Positions 49,992 to 61,955 of a stretch of DNA of 64,000 nt are shown here, one piece after another (position 1 is the first letter of the stretch; each line of letters starts with the position of its first letter). Location: NCBI GenBank assembly GCA_004022145.1, contig RCNU01000002.1; one strand, 5' to 3'. The stretch comes from Paecilomyces variotii (taxonomy: Eukaryota). The notes under the pieces are model-generated. The model did no database searches, was not told the origin of the DNA, and saw nothing but the letters and a program-made list of their open reading frames with translations. Made by a program: the position numbers and the translations under genes.

Positions 49992-51361
49992 TCAAGGAGA
50001 CAGCCTCTCTATGCGCCACGTAAAGACGTCTTCTCCGTTTTCATCGGTTCTAGGAGCAACTCGTACATAGCGGAATCTGTCATGGAGTCTGCTGCGACGG
50101 CCTTGCCAGAATTCCACCGATTCTGGAACGATGCGGACTCCGCCCCAAAAAGGTGGAAGCGGGATCTCTTCAGTGTCGGCAAAGCGGGCTTCCATCTCCT
50201 TGACTCGCTGCTCAAGCAAGCCGCGTCCATCATCAATGTCCGTCTTGTTAATGTCCTCCTTTAGATCAGCAGAAGGAGAATTGGTCTCATCTTCCGCTAG
50301 GAGCTTAGCATTGCTCTTCCGTCTAGGAGGTAATGTTCCGGGCTCTGCTGACCACAGAACTTTGCTCTGGTGACTCGCCCAACCGCCAATTTGACTGCCT
50401 CGCTCTCTCGTCCGCCAGTACAGTTCACTCTCTTCCCTGCTGAGTGGCTCCACAAGACCCTCGATCCGGACTTGACGTTCAACAGCAGGCCAAAGGAACG
50501 TAAGTGCTGCCCACTTATTGCCCAACTCCGCGGAAATGTCTTGCTCCTCTGCAGCACCTGTGTCGCTCTCGTCAAGTCCAAGATTGTGATAAGCCTCTTC
50601 TGGGCTAGTCCAACCCTCACCGGGACCATTAGCACCGAACACTTGTTTTCCTTTCCCTTGTCTGCTGCCCCAGTTGCTGTATACCACCCATCCCCTCTCG
50701 TCCAATTCTTTGAGGTATAGCACGCGTGCGCTGACCCGTCCAGAGGGCATAGATGCGGTCGCCAGTGTGCAAGTTTCAGGCGCGGATGAGGGAGGGAGCC
50801 TAGGATCATGGAACCAAGCGTTGAATTGGCGGAGAGGATTCGTAGGATGTAGCTGCGAAATAGTGAGAGGAGGGTTGCTCACAAATTGATGTGCGCGAGC
50901 AGGGTGGGAAACAATATGGCTTTCCATGACGGAGGTCGGCGTTGATGTGTAGGACCTGGGTATCTCCTCTGTCAAGCGGGAAATGGCTGTCTTCGAGAAC
51001 GTAGCAGAAGGATCAGCTGTTTCCGTTGCTTGTATGACGGGCTCAGGTGACCCGGCAGGTACTTGGATGTCTCCTGGGGCAACTGCAGAATGTCTCTTAG
51101 TTATACGAATTCTTCTCTAGCTCAAGTCTCAGAATGTCGCCATACGGGGTCCGTACAGATCAGTTTCTTCGGATGAATAGAACTCGACCGCCTCTGCTTC
51201 TGATCCTCAGAGGGACCGCCAGCATTGGCGCCAGACCCAGAATCTCCATTTCCTGCCATATTCCCTGAGAAGCGAAGTGCTCTCCGAAAGGAAACTTGCG
51301 ACGGTGGATGAGAGCGACGGATCAGTGAGTGGGCGGCTGGAACCGGTAAACAGAGGCGCAT
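49992..51361 (-). CDS. PDX3: Pyridoxamine 5'-phosphate oxidase (alternative ATG at 51259)
   Basis: KKLI|FAPG across one intron; TLATA...GRVSARVLYLK, ERQVRIEG, RERGSQIGGWASHQS, FWGGVRIVPESVEFWQGRRSRLHDRF, WRIERLSP*. Confidence 0.93.
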
Positions 51362-51780
51362 GTAAATCTCTGCTTTGTGCAATGTGATGTGCTTGACTAT
51401 GAGACAGTGTAAAGCCAGCAGCGATAGAAAGAAGACTGAAGAGGATTGGAAGTAAGAATATCACAATCGGTCTGAGTCGATTGCGCATCAGGTACTCTAC
51501 GGGCCGTTTCCTCTTGCAGCGGGGCAATTCCGGAAGGCATTCATTAGCCATCTTCCGCGGGGTTCTCCCACCAGCCACGACTCCATCTGCAAGCTAGATA
51601 GCTGAGAACATACTCTACATTATTGCTTATAGCCATATCCATTATTTGATAAATTACTTAAGGCAAGATAGTCCAGTGCTAGAGAGTCTAGTAAAGTCCT
51701 CATTTTCCTGTTTACTCTTTATTTCCCTAATGACATCATTCTCTTCATCGTGGTATGAATTATCGACTACTCCGTCGCCA

Positions 51781-53332
51781 TTACAGCTGAGCTTTCTCTG
51801 TGCCTCTTCCAACTGCCGCTAGAATGGCGTTTTCAGTGCTCTTCAACCTTGCTTCCGAAGTCTTATACAGTCTAGGAACTCCGCTCTCCTCGAACGGCCG
51901 ATTTTCTCGAATCATCCTAGAGATACCCTTCGCCGATAAGAAGACTTGTGGCATTCCATGGCCTGTGAATCCCGCCAGTATGTATTGCTCTGGCTTTCCA
52001 GGGACACAACCAACGTGCGGTAGATAATCACTCGAGTATCCCATCACTGGAGCCAGTTAGCGTTTGACAGCCTGGTAGAGACATGTAGAAGCAGATAGGG
52101 ACTAACCACCAGTCCACACTCTATCCGTATATGCTCCACTGTCTTCCCAGCCGCGGAAATGGCGCTGCATATAGCCATCAAAGTAATTCTTGGCTGGCTC
52201 AATGAGCTCAGAATCATCTACGACGTTATACCAATTGCTCAACTCTGGCAAATACTCAGCTCTAGCTCCCCCAACGATAATACTACCATCGGGTCGCGGA
52301 ATGAGATAGTCGAAGATAGTCGGACTCCAGCGCAGACTATATGTATTGGGAAGATAGGGAGATGGCTTATCCTTCGGCGTCATAATCCGACTGCACATTC
52401 CACGAACAGGCACTATTTTGCCCTTGTACTGCGGCAGAAGTGCAGACGTATATGCGTTTGTTGCAAATATCACCTTCTTCGCTTTTATAGACCCTCGAGA
52501 TGATGTCGTTACCGTCCATCGACCACTCGAGGGATCGGCGGTTCCAGAGATCTCAGCCACTGGAGTATGTGTCTGTAAATTGACACCACGGGACAGAGCA
52601 ATTCGGAGTAAATGAATGATGAGTCTGTAAGGCCAGATAGAACCTGCTGTAAAGCTCGTACAGCCTCTAGCGTCCTTGACTCCGCATACCTGATTGCCAA
52701 ACTATTAGCATCTGAGGATTTTCAATACGGGCTTTAGGGCAATTATTCTTACGTTTTCAGCCTTGCTGCCCGGTGTATACTGGACATCCAGCAGCGACAC
52801 GCCTGCCTTCTGGAGGGCTTCGATATCATTCTTCACCTTTTCGTTTTGAGTCTCGCTAAGAAAGACGTCAAATGCTCTCGTAAGTTGGAAATCGCAATCT
52901 ATGTCTTCCTTCTCGACAAGCTCCTTTATGGCGTGGAGATGTGCTTTCTCGAATTCCGCCAGTTCTACTGCTGCTTCAAGACCATACTTCGCAGACATGT
53001 TACCGATAGATGCATACAGAGAAGGCTTGATATGACCCCCTTCAACACTATATCTTTAGCCCTGTCACGATAATTTCCAATAAAGTGAAGCTAGACTCAC
53101 CATTTCTCCCAGTCGCCCCGGAACACGCTTGTCTTGCTTCGAGCATTACAATTGATGGCGGGGTGGGGTTCTCATCTAGGAGATGATATGCAACAGAGGC
53201 ACCAGCATAGCCAGCGCCGATGATCACTATATCGCATTCTGAAGGGAGACTTTCTGTAGAGCGGTAATCGTCAAGTTCGTCAGGTTGGGCTCTCCAAAAG
53301 GAGACCGTGCTGTTCGGGACCGGAAATGGCAT
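51781..53332 (-). CDS. FAD-dependent oxidoreductase, DAO/PuuB-like family
   Basis: DIVIIGAGYAG, LEARQACSGATGRNG|GH, VIFATNAYT, WTG|VMGYSSD, AGFTGHGMP; about three introns. Confidence 0.88.
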
Positions 53333-53980
53333 CTTGTCGTTTGTCGCCAGTTTGAGGGGTGGGCCAATCGATATTCTTAATGCTGGAAACAGCTAGAATC
53401 CAGCTTAGAGAGAATTGGATAAGTCGATATATTTGAAGATATAGTAGGATAAAGACTATTAGCGACTTGCAAAACGTTTGTCTAAGAGAGTCCAGCAGAT
53501 GCGTCTGATTAGATAGCGGATCGGTCGGCAGTAACCGACGCTTTACATAAATCCGCTAAGGTGTTCCCTTTTGCAAAAGATGACCCTAGATAGCGCAGAT
53601 AGATAGGTATCTATCCTTTATTAAAGATTTACTAAGATTTCTCTACGAAGGACTGGGTATCCGCGATAAGTATGGTACTTTTTGCCATGCATTGAAGGAC
53701 ACGATTGTCATGAACAAATAACAAATATTTTGTTCTATTGTTGCGCAGGATCTCAGACTGTTTATTCTCAAACATGATAATGTAGAGCTTACCTACCCTG
53801 CCTGGGCATTATCATGGTTTCGTGTACCGAATGTCCTTGTAGCTGTCATGTCAAGCGTAGTCCCGATTGAGTAGATGCTTAAGGGACGCTTGATCTCACC
53901 AAGTCAAGAATATTCATACTACGGCTGCTATCATCCTTAACTGAGGAACGGTGTATCTCTCCTTCGACTAACCTTATATT

Positions 53981-56383
53981 TTAACCTGCAGTACCGAGCT
54001 GGGAATCAAGATCCGCTAGTAGTTCAGTCCAGTCGGGAATATCGAAACTGGGCGCCACCGAGAAAAAGTCGCTCCATAACTCATCAAACGGCTGCTGTTG
54101 AAACTGGTCATGTTGGTTGGTGGACGTCTCTGGGGGGAATCCAGATTTCTCGTCACCGTGATCAGTGCGATGCCCGAGTAGTCTGTCTGTCATCTTGCTT
54201 TTGTCCATCTTAGGGACTGCCAGATATCCTATGCCAGTATCACCGGCCCGGTGCCGTGCCTTGTGTCTGTTCAACATGTCTCTCAGGCTTCGGACGGCCT
54301 TCTGTAACCCTCTAGACATGCCAAGGTCCGGCTCACTTTCTGTTCCTCCTGTCGAAGAGCTATTTTCCAGCAACTGACAGGCTGCTAGGATATCTGCTTT
54401 TCTTTCCTCAATTTTCAACTCGTCAGGGTTGAAACATACATCCATAGCTAACACTATCACGGCCATGAGAACATGATGTTGGACATAATAAAGCTTGGTG
54501 AGATCTTCCCTTCCCGCCATCCGGTTGCGACGAATGTCCAGTACCATCTCCGCTGAACGGATACATTGCATACGGGAGTATGCGAACTTTGGCTCAGATG
54601 ATCCACGAATCAAGAATGGCCGGTGAAGACGTGTGATATGCGTATAGATCGTGAAGTTGATAAATGATCTCTGAGGGTCCAGATATGGCTTTTCACGAAA
54701 GACGCTCGCGTCACTTTGGTAACTGTCTAACCGAAAGAACGGAGGGAGCGATTTCAGAAAGGCACTGTAGTTGTGATCAAGAAGGAGAATAGTATCATAG
54801 ATCTCGTTACTGCTATCGGCGCCGGGGCAAGAAAAGTAGGACGGCGGAAGTCGATCCACCACCTCCCGAGACAGCGTGGCTGCCTTGATACGACAGATAA
54901 AATAGGTCATTGTAGTCGGACTTGTCAGGGGTAACCCATAGTCCTCACTATGTGAATAGGTTTTGCTTGTCGTGATTGAGTCGTCATCGACATTGCTAGG
55001 ATAATTGGTTTCTATCTGCCGAGGATGGAGTAGGTACGTCCCTTCCTGAGGGCCGCCTATGCTTGCTAGCAGCCTAAAATGACAATGGTTAGCCAGTAGT
55101 CTTAGTGAAACTTCCCAACGTTTGGTTGTACTACCAGTCTGAAGAAACGATGTGCCACCACAATCTCCTTTTCGATTCAACATCAACGGGATCCATGCCG
55201 TTTCGCTTCCGTTCCTCCCAGTCATACGGCGTGTCAAGCCTATGTATTCGCATTTCTTGCGCCATTCGGATTGTGGAGAGCCAGAGACCATGAAAATTAG
55301 TCGAGAACCCACTGAATTCCATAGAGAGATGAGTGATGGTCACTAGCGCCTGTAATGCTTCGGTGGATGCTCGTATTGGTGGGGTCGTTAGAAGGAAGAC
55401 TGCATATCGAAACCATTTCTCGGAGAGAACCCTTGGTGGTTCACTAGTAGAGTCAAGCTCTTTGCCCTGTTGGTCAAGGTACGCACTCACTGCAAATATG
55501 CTCAAAGCAAAGGCTAGGCGAGTTCTCGTTGGAGTCCGTCCATTCGAAAGATCTCCGTACATCTCATATAGATTTGACCATGCTGTCTGGACGTGCAGCA
55601 TATGATAGAGGATATTCACTTTGGTAAGGAACCTTCGTAGCAGATCTTCAGCCACTGTAAGAGTAGGTAGACTGTCGAGGACTCTTGAGATGTCTAATGG
55701 GCTAGTTGCCTTAGATTCTGCCGCTTCTCCAAGCCCATTCCAGAATGAACAAGACTATGGATGTCAGTATTCCGCTGGAGAGGAATAGGACTTTTCAGTG
55801 TATTACCGACATTATCCTCATTGGAAGCAGAGGCAATGGCTGGGGTAGTCGCCATGTCTTCCAGCCATCGAGATGCAAATTGTTGCTCTTCATCTTGATT
55901 CTGACGACTCTTGGGATTGCCAGATCCACTAGGTCTTGAGAAATGATGAGGTACGTCTGTGTTTCTCATATCTGGTCCGAAGACCGCATCTTCTAAGCGT
56001 CTCAGACGTCGTGCAAAGCTTTATGAATTCCAGAGTTAGAAAATTACTAGCGATGTAGATTCAAGCTCGTGTATAACCTTTCGTGATCTCCCTCTCTCAA
56101 CCTCATTCCAGTACTGACAGGAACATAAGGAGGTGGCGACGGTTGCGCTTCCTGAATGGGGTCTACCAGGAAAATATGAATATTAACAAATCGAATATAT
56201 ATAACATTGATGTTGCTCACCGGCTGCATAAACGCATGTGGTATTTCTGGACGAACAATTCGAGCAAGGGCGTTCTCTATCGCACTTGAGCTTCCTCGTC
56301 CGGCAAAGCTGACACGACACTGGCTGCTGTAGCGAAGACCTCTTTGGTGGAGGAAGATCGCCTGTAACTGTCCTCTTCATCAT
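53981..56383 (-). CDS. Zn(II)2Cys6 transcription factor with fungal-specific TF domain
   Basis: CQLCRTRKLKCDRERPCSNCSSRNTTC; RMAQEMRIHRLD; ESKRRLWWHIVSSDW|LLA; LHRPFL; several introns. Confidence 0.87.
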
Positions 56384-57108
56384 TGCAGGCTAGGTATATA
56401 TGATCTGTCTCGAGAATCTATCGATCGAACGTCGTGAGCTATTATGGCGCAGATGGTTCCATTTCCATCCATGGATGACTGTTGTTGATAGTCCTACTGC
56501 AGAAAGCACTACTAGCACTGCATTGGAGATAACAAGTGGCTGTTATAAACAAGAATAATGATGGGTAGTAAGTAGCCTTCTATATGATGTTGAGAGAGCA
56601 GACAGACCAAATCGCCTCACGGAGACCCGTGGGGCTCCATGGAGGGATGTGGGTCCAGCGGACGCTTGAAGTTCTATTGCATTGATTGATTATCTTGGAA
56701 TTAGTAAGTTCAGGCACAAATACATAGTTAATAGGAGACCATTGTGTGAATCGCAATTTGGGAAATATCATAATAATAATGCCAGACTTATAGTGAAAGC
56801 CTGATATTAAACTTCTCCTTCCTAACTGGGAAAACATTAACAGGAAGGAATATAAAGAACCTCACTTCACTCCCGCATCTCACCCTTAAGTATATCACAC
56901 ACACAAAACCTCATGAGCTGGTCAGTCAATAAATAAAACCTAATCTTGTCACTTGAAGCTTTCTATGAGCAATATACATTACAAGAAGCTCCTACATCAG
57001 AAATATCGCGTATCATTACATACAAATCACTAATAACATAAACTTTCATTGACTAGGTACCATTGAAACACATCTTACCCGACCGTCAGAAGAACATCTC
57101 TGAGTGAT

Positions 57109-57498
57109 ATGTCAGATCTAGGACCTCTACGGAGTTCTCTTTTTTGGTCTAGTCATTTAGTCGACTTCCGTCAGTCGCTGTTTCGAAGTTACGTCGACCG
57201 CATAAAGAAACGTCAAAATGACAAAACATGGACACAACTGTACGTCCACGGAGAGTTTGGTACAGCCGAATATTAGCCAGAGTCCTTAATTTAGTTTTGA
57301 CATTTCTTTTTTGTTTGACATGCTGACATTATTTAAAGGTATGGAATGCCCTTGGTCACAAATACATATACGCTATCGCCAGAGCTCAACGAAGAAGACA
57401 TCAAAGCAACTGTGAAGAAGCTGTCGAATCCTGAATGCACGGACACAGCAGAAATATTGAAGGAACTTGCTTGCTTGATTGAATCTAGGGGGAATTGA
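57109..57498 (+). CDS. Hypothetical two-exon small ORF (96 aa) or 3' remnant of a decayed gene
   Basis: Exon 57109-57239, intron 57240-57338 (GTACGT...GCTGAC...AAG), exon 57339-57498; the spliced frame stays open to TGA. Absent from the ORF track. Confidence 0.45.
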
Positions 57499-57667
57499 AC
57501 ACATATTTAACTCTATAGGTTCACAAAGAATCTAGATCCTAGTGATCTAGTAGGTTCCATCCTATAATCAGGATATCAAAGAATCTGCGGATTATCTGCC
57601 GCAAACGGATAATTGACAGATCACAATTCTAGTCACTGCTGTTCGCTGTTCGCACACCTGATCAACA

Positions 57668-59104
57668 ATGCCTCCCTTTACGCTGGTAGTTTTTGGCGGC
57701 CGGGTGTATGACATGGCCCTGGCAACAGACTTTGTGATGATAGGGAAGAAATTTATCGCAGACGGGCTAAATCCGACATGTCTCTCAGGTACCAATCTCC
57801 AAGATATCACCAATATGTTCGGGCCGTTTCTGTTCGGGCGAGAGGACTTACGAGCGAGGGTCCCCATTTACGACAGCCAGGAGGCCATGAGGCCATTCTA
57901 TCGACTAGAGGCCCATGGCCTCAAATCGCACATCATGAACTGGATCAGACTTGTCTCCGGCCAGGTGCGCCCTGGCGATCGCATTATAATCGTTCTGATC
58001 GGGCATGGTAACCAGAGAGACAGCGCTGTCACACTATATCCTCAGCACGCAAAGCAGGAGTTTCTGTCCAAAGCCGAGATGGATGCCGCTCTCTCTATCT
58101 TGCCGCCCAAGGTCCGCCTTTTGATTGTCAACGAGGCCTGTTACTCCGGAACGTGGGCTATGATAGCCCCGGATGTAGGTGCCCAGCGAGATGTGCTTGT
58201 CGAGACAGCAGCCACCCTCGACGAGCAGTCCTGGAGCTATACCTCGGGCCCCGGCCGAAACCGGTGCTCTTTGTTCGGAGCGGCATTTGTGGAGGAGCTT
58301 ACCACCTACCCCGAGGGAAGGATCTCCCAGCGTCGCAGTCGAATAGTCGACGAGATGCTCCATGTTGGGCCTGACCAGAAAACCTCTACACCGCTAGTGA
58401 TTCCCTCCGCTCGCGCTCTTCTGTCCCACAATATCTCACACTTCATCCTCACACCAAGAATTGCGACTGCCATCACGAATGCGGCTTCTGCTCAGGATCC
58501 TCATGAGGCACTTCTGCAGTCACGGACCTCTGGCCGGAATTTTTGGAGAAGACTTCGTCGCGTGATGAGTTCACCAGCGCAGGCGTTAGGGGGAGACAGC
58601 CCGGTGAAAGATGGCACTGGTACTGACATGAAAGTTCTCGTAATAGAGAACTACCTGAAAGACCTCGGGCCGCTAAAGGCCGCGCTCGACTATTGCACCC
58701 TTGCAACAGCCTGTCAGCTCGCTCTTGAAGGCCGTGGGCCTCCGGATTTGCAAGACCAGGTGATAGCTACTATTGCCTGGCAGGCAGTCCAGATGCAACG
58801 GGTTAGCGGATTGCTAGAACAGCTGGCCGAGCAGGGCCTGGTAATAGATGTAGTCGACGTAGAAAGCGCCGATAAAGCACTGGCAGACCACCAAGAAGAC
58901 ATTGTGGTGCCCCTGGTGGAGAGGTTTCGTGACGACGACAAGCTATCGTGTATAATGGAACCCCCGACTGAAGGCCATGTTGGTGTCAACTTCAACGATG
59001 CAGAGGACTGGCTGATTGGAATCTTGGCCTATAACTGGCTGATGTACCCGGACAAGTTCAATCTCGATCGCGTGGAGAATGAGGTGGTTGCGTTTTTGGC
59101 TTAG
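57668..59104 (+). CDS. Uncharacterised 478-aa protein with caspase/legumain-like (clan CD) catalytic dyad
   Basis: Intronless ORF; IIIVLIG-H113-G and LLIVNEA-C158-YSG, each after a hydrophobic beta-strand; downstream TAATLDEQSWS and SLFGAAFVEEL. Confidence 0.7.
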   Translation: MPPFTLVVFGGRVYDMALATDFVMIGKKFIADGLNPTCLSGTNLQDITNMFGPFLFGREDLRARVPIYDSQEAMRPFYRLEAHGLKSHIMNWIRLVSGQVRPGDRIIIVLIGHGNQRDSAVTLYPQHAKQEFLSKAEMDAALSILPPKVRLLIVNEACYSGTWAMIAPDVGAQRDVLVETAATLDEQSWSYTSGPGRNRCSLFGAAFVEELTTYPEGRISQRRSRIVDEMLHVGPDQKTSTPLVIPSARALLSHNISHFILTPRIATAITNAASAQDPHEALLQSRTSGRNFWRRLRRVMSSPAQALGGDSPVKDGTGTDMKVLVIENYLKDLGPLKAALDYCTLATACQLALEGRGPPDLQDQVIATIAWQAVQMQRVSGLLEQLAEQGLVIDVVDVESADKALADHQEDIVVPLVERFRDDDKLSCIMEPPTEGHVGVNFNDAEDWLIGILAYNWLMYPDKFNLDRVENEVVAFLA

Positions 59105-59288
59105 TTTGTGTGTTTCTCGCTTTTCTTTCTGTTGCTCGCCTGATCTGATTTACTAGTGAGCTTAATGTCAGTAGAGCGCTTCTGTATCTTATAAACAACA
59201 AATGTGAGAGAAGCAGGTTTCTATTGTGCGTAAATTCAATATTCTCGGCTCAGATAAGATATCTTCGGTTATGTCCTGCGCATCAATC

Positions 59289-59408
59289 TAGAAATCGCCG
59301 ATAAAGCACTGGCAGACCACCAAAAAGACATTATGGTGCCCCTGGTAGAAAGGTTTCGGGAGGACGACAAGCTATCGTGTATAATAAACCCCCCGATTAG
59401 AGGCCATG
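59289..59408 (+). repeat. 120-bp degenerate duplicate of 58860-58979
   Basis: Ungapped hand alignment, 107/120 identical. Confidence 0.93.
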
Positions 59409-59510
59409 GACTCTATTCGGTACTCTATATATGATTGAACAACTGCCCAGATCTGTTGGTCTCCTTAACAAGAAAAGCTAATACCATCGGTTTCTATTCC
59501 TCACCATGCT

Positions 59511-61558
59511 CTATGCTCCCAGCCCATCCCAAACCGTGGCGCCGAGTAATGCTGTAGTACTGGACTCATTTGCAATGCTGGAAGGTTCGCGCGCATCAGT
59601 AAAATTAGACCCTTCAGCAAAGAAATAGATTCCATGACACCCAATGTCGAAAGCACCATTAATATCGGCCGGATAGTAGATACGTGTCGAGAGAACAGTC
59701 CGTTCGTTGATAAACACCTCAAGGACACTTGAGTCGTAGAATGCGTGAATGTGAAGTGGTTCTTCTCTTTCCTCATCGACTCCGCAACCATCGCCAGACT
59801 TGGTGTGTGAAATATACGTGAACAAGGTGTGAGGGCTGACTTCAGGTGCGTGATTGACAGAAGTATCAGACTGCTTTCTCCATATATTCGGTCTCTCAAT
59901 CATAAAGGTCTCGCTATTTTGATCCCAAACGAGTAGAGTCTTATCCTGGAGAGCTACAAAACAGTAGATTAGCCAGAGCCCACACCTTATCTTGTACTAA
60001 GAAGATGAGGAGGCTATAAGAAGTGTCTATATTGCTTACCTGCGTCATGGTATATAACAATACCAACTCGACTACACTCATGGCCGACATCAAATCTGGC
60101 GTCCACTTCCCATCGGGATGTATACAAAGGCAAGAATGTGGATTCAGTTGTCTTGGTAGTTCCATTTCCAACAGGATACAGTCGAGAGTGAGCGAAATCG
60201 GTCTTCCGTGAGTTCATTCGAAGTCTCCGCAGTCTTGGATCAGGGCTAATCTTCATGGTTCGGATTGTGTGTGTCCCAGAATCGTCTGGGGTAGCTTCGA
60301 TAGAGGTGATGTCCCTAACATCGGCTGTCGATCGTGCTCTCTTCACGCGGTGGATCGTCATCAAACTGAGCACTCGTGGCAACGAGATCAGACCACTCCA
60401 ACCTTGTCGATGACGCAGGTTATCAGGCAAATCCTCCTCTGTGATCCAGCCAAACACGACTTGCTGCTCGATCACGGGGTCCCAGAACGAATTTGCTGCG
60501 TATAACAGTCCGTTGTCGAAGATCCCACCAAAAGAGTATTCCATAAGTGCAGCAGACTTAGAACCATCAGATGGGTTCCTCTCCTTGACACACATCCACA
60601 GCTGTGACCGATGGATTCTGGAATCTCTTGCAATGGGGTTGTCAGCACGTTCTTTCTCGTCTCGAGGTAGACAGCCCTCCGACCCCATTATGAGAAAATC
60701 ACGCGAACTGCCTTCGTTATCTGTGAGGGTGACCAAATTGGCCACCTCCCAGTTCACCCCAAAATCTCCAGTCCAGCGCGAAGGTCGCAGGTTGAGTCCC
60801 ACATCTATCAGAGGCCCAGCAAACTTCCATTCAGCCAGATTGTGCTCGTTGATAGTGTAAACGAACACTGTTGGTGTTACATCAGAAAGACCGCCTGAGA
60901 TGAAACCGTACAGCACACCTTCCCGACGGACCTGTGCTGGTGCAGACCTCCAAGATGAAATGAATGGGTCTCTCCAGCCGGTGACCTTAAGACTCTCCGG
61001 CGGGCCAGGAAGAATGGGGTTAAATGGCAATCGCTCCCACGTGTCGCCCCCATTGTGCGAAACAGCAATACTTAAAGTCTCACATCCCGGGGTATAGGGG
61101 ATCGTAAAATGTATAGGAAGTTGGTTGACCGACGTGTATAGATAGGTCAGTGTTCCATCTTGCTTTCCATCAACATTGGTAGACCGGAGACAGCCGGTGA
61201 AGATACCAAGACGGTCATACGGAGCGGCTGGGACAAGGCATGGCTGCGAAAATGTTTCCCATGATACGAGGTCTTTTGATGTTGAAAGCCCCCAAGATAT
61301 GTTGTCCCAGTCGTTACCATTGGGATTCCATTGGAACGCCAGGAGATACCGTCCCCGAGAAGAGTCATAACCCGGACCACACGGATCGTTTAACCATCCA
61401 TGGGGTGCCAAAAGATGGAAAGATGGACGCCATCGCACGAAATCGGAGTGGTTTCCTTGCGGCTTGCGGCCGACGGTGCTGATGTCGGTCTCTCCGAGTT
61501 GGTGGTGGCCCGAGGTAGGAAACGGGTCAATTGACCGCGCTGTTGTGAGTGTAGACAT
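59511..61558 (-). CDS. Glycoside hydrolase family 32 beta-fructofuranosidase (intracellular, no signal peptide)
   Basis: WLNDPCG, FTG, WRDPF, NWEV, LYAANSF, WSGLISLPR; C-terminal DSSVLEVFINER..LSTRIY; intron 59954-60039. Confidence 0.92.
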
Positions 61559-61711
61559 GTTTAACTGTGTCTATTGAATTCTTAAGCAATGCAAAAGGAA
61601 CCTTCCAGCACAAGAGAGCATTGGAGAGGATCAGGAGATGATGTTATAGCTCAATTGAAAGCTCGACTACCCATCTGCATCGGTGCCTTGGTTAACCTGG
61701 TATGTTGTCTC

Positions 61712-61955
61712 CGGCGAAACATTTAGCGTCATATTTGAGGAGTATTTTCGGCAAAATCAGAATATCCTCTTCACATCAGCAGATGCATTCTTGTTTTCCT
61801 CGGTGACTGACTGCTTCAGTGTGGTCTGTATCACAGCCGGAGAATCGTCGGCGAAACTCACTATTTACCCCAGGTCCAACTTACCTAGTTTCGCCGAAAA
61901 TCTGGGGATTACGTGCATCTGGAGAAATCAGTTCACCTTAGATGTCTGCCCGGGG
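61712..61955. promoter_or_regulatory. Divergent GH32/MFS promoter: CGG-N8-CGG, 3x CGGCGAAAC, several SYGGRG (CreA-type) sites
   Basis: CGG AGAATCGT CGG at 61838-61851; CGGCGAAAC at 61712, 61849 and (reverse) 61888; SYGGRG at 61837, 61868 (reverse), 61902, 61919, 61950. Confidence 0.6.
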
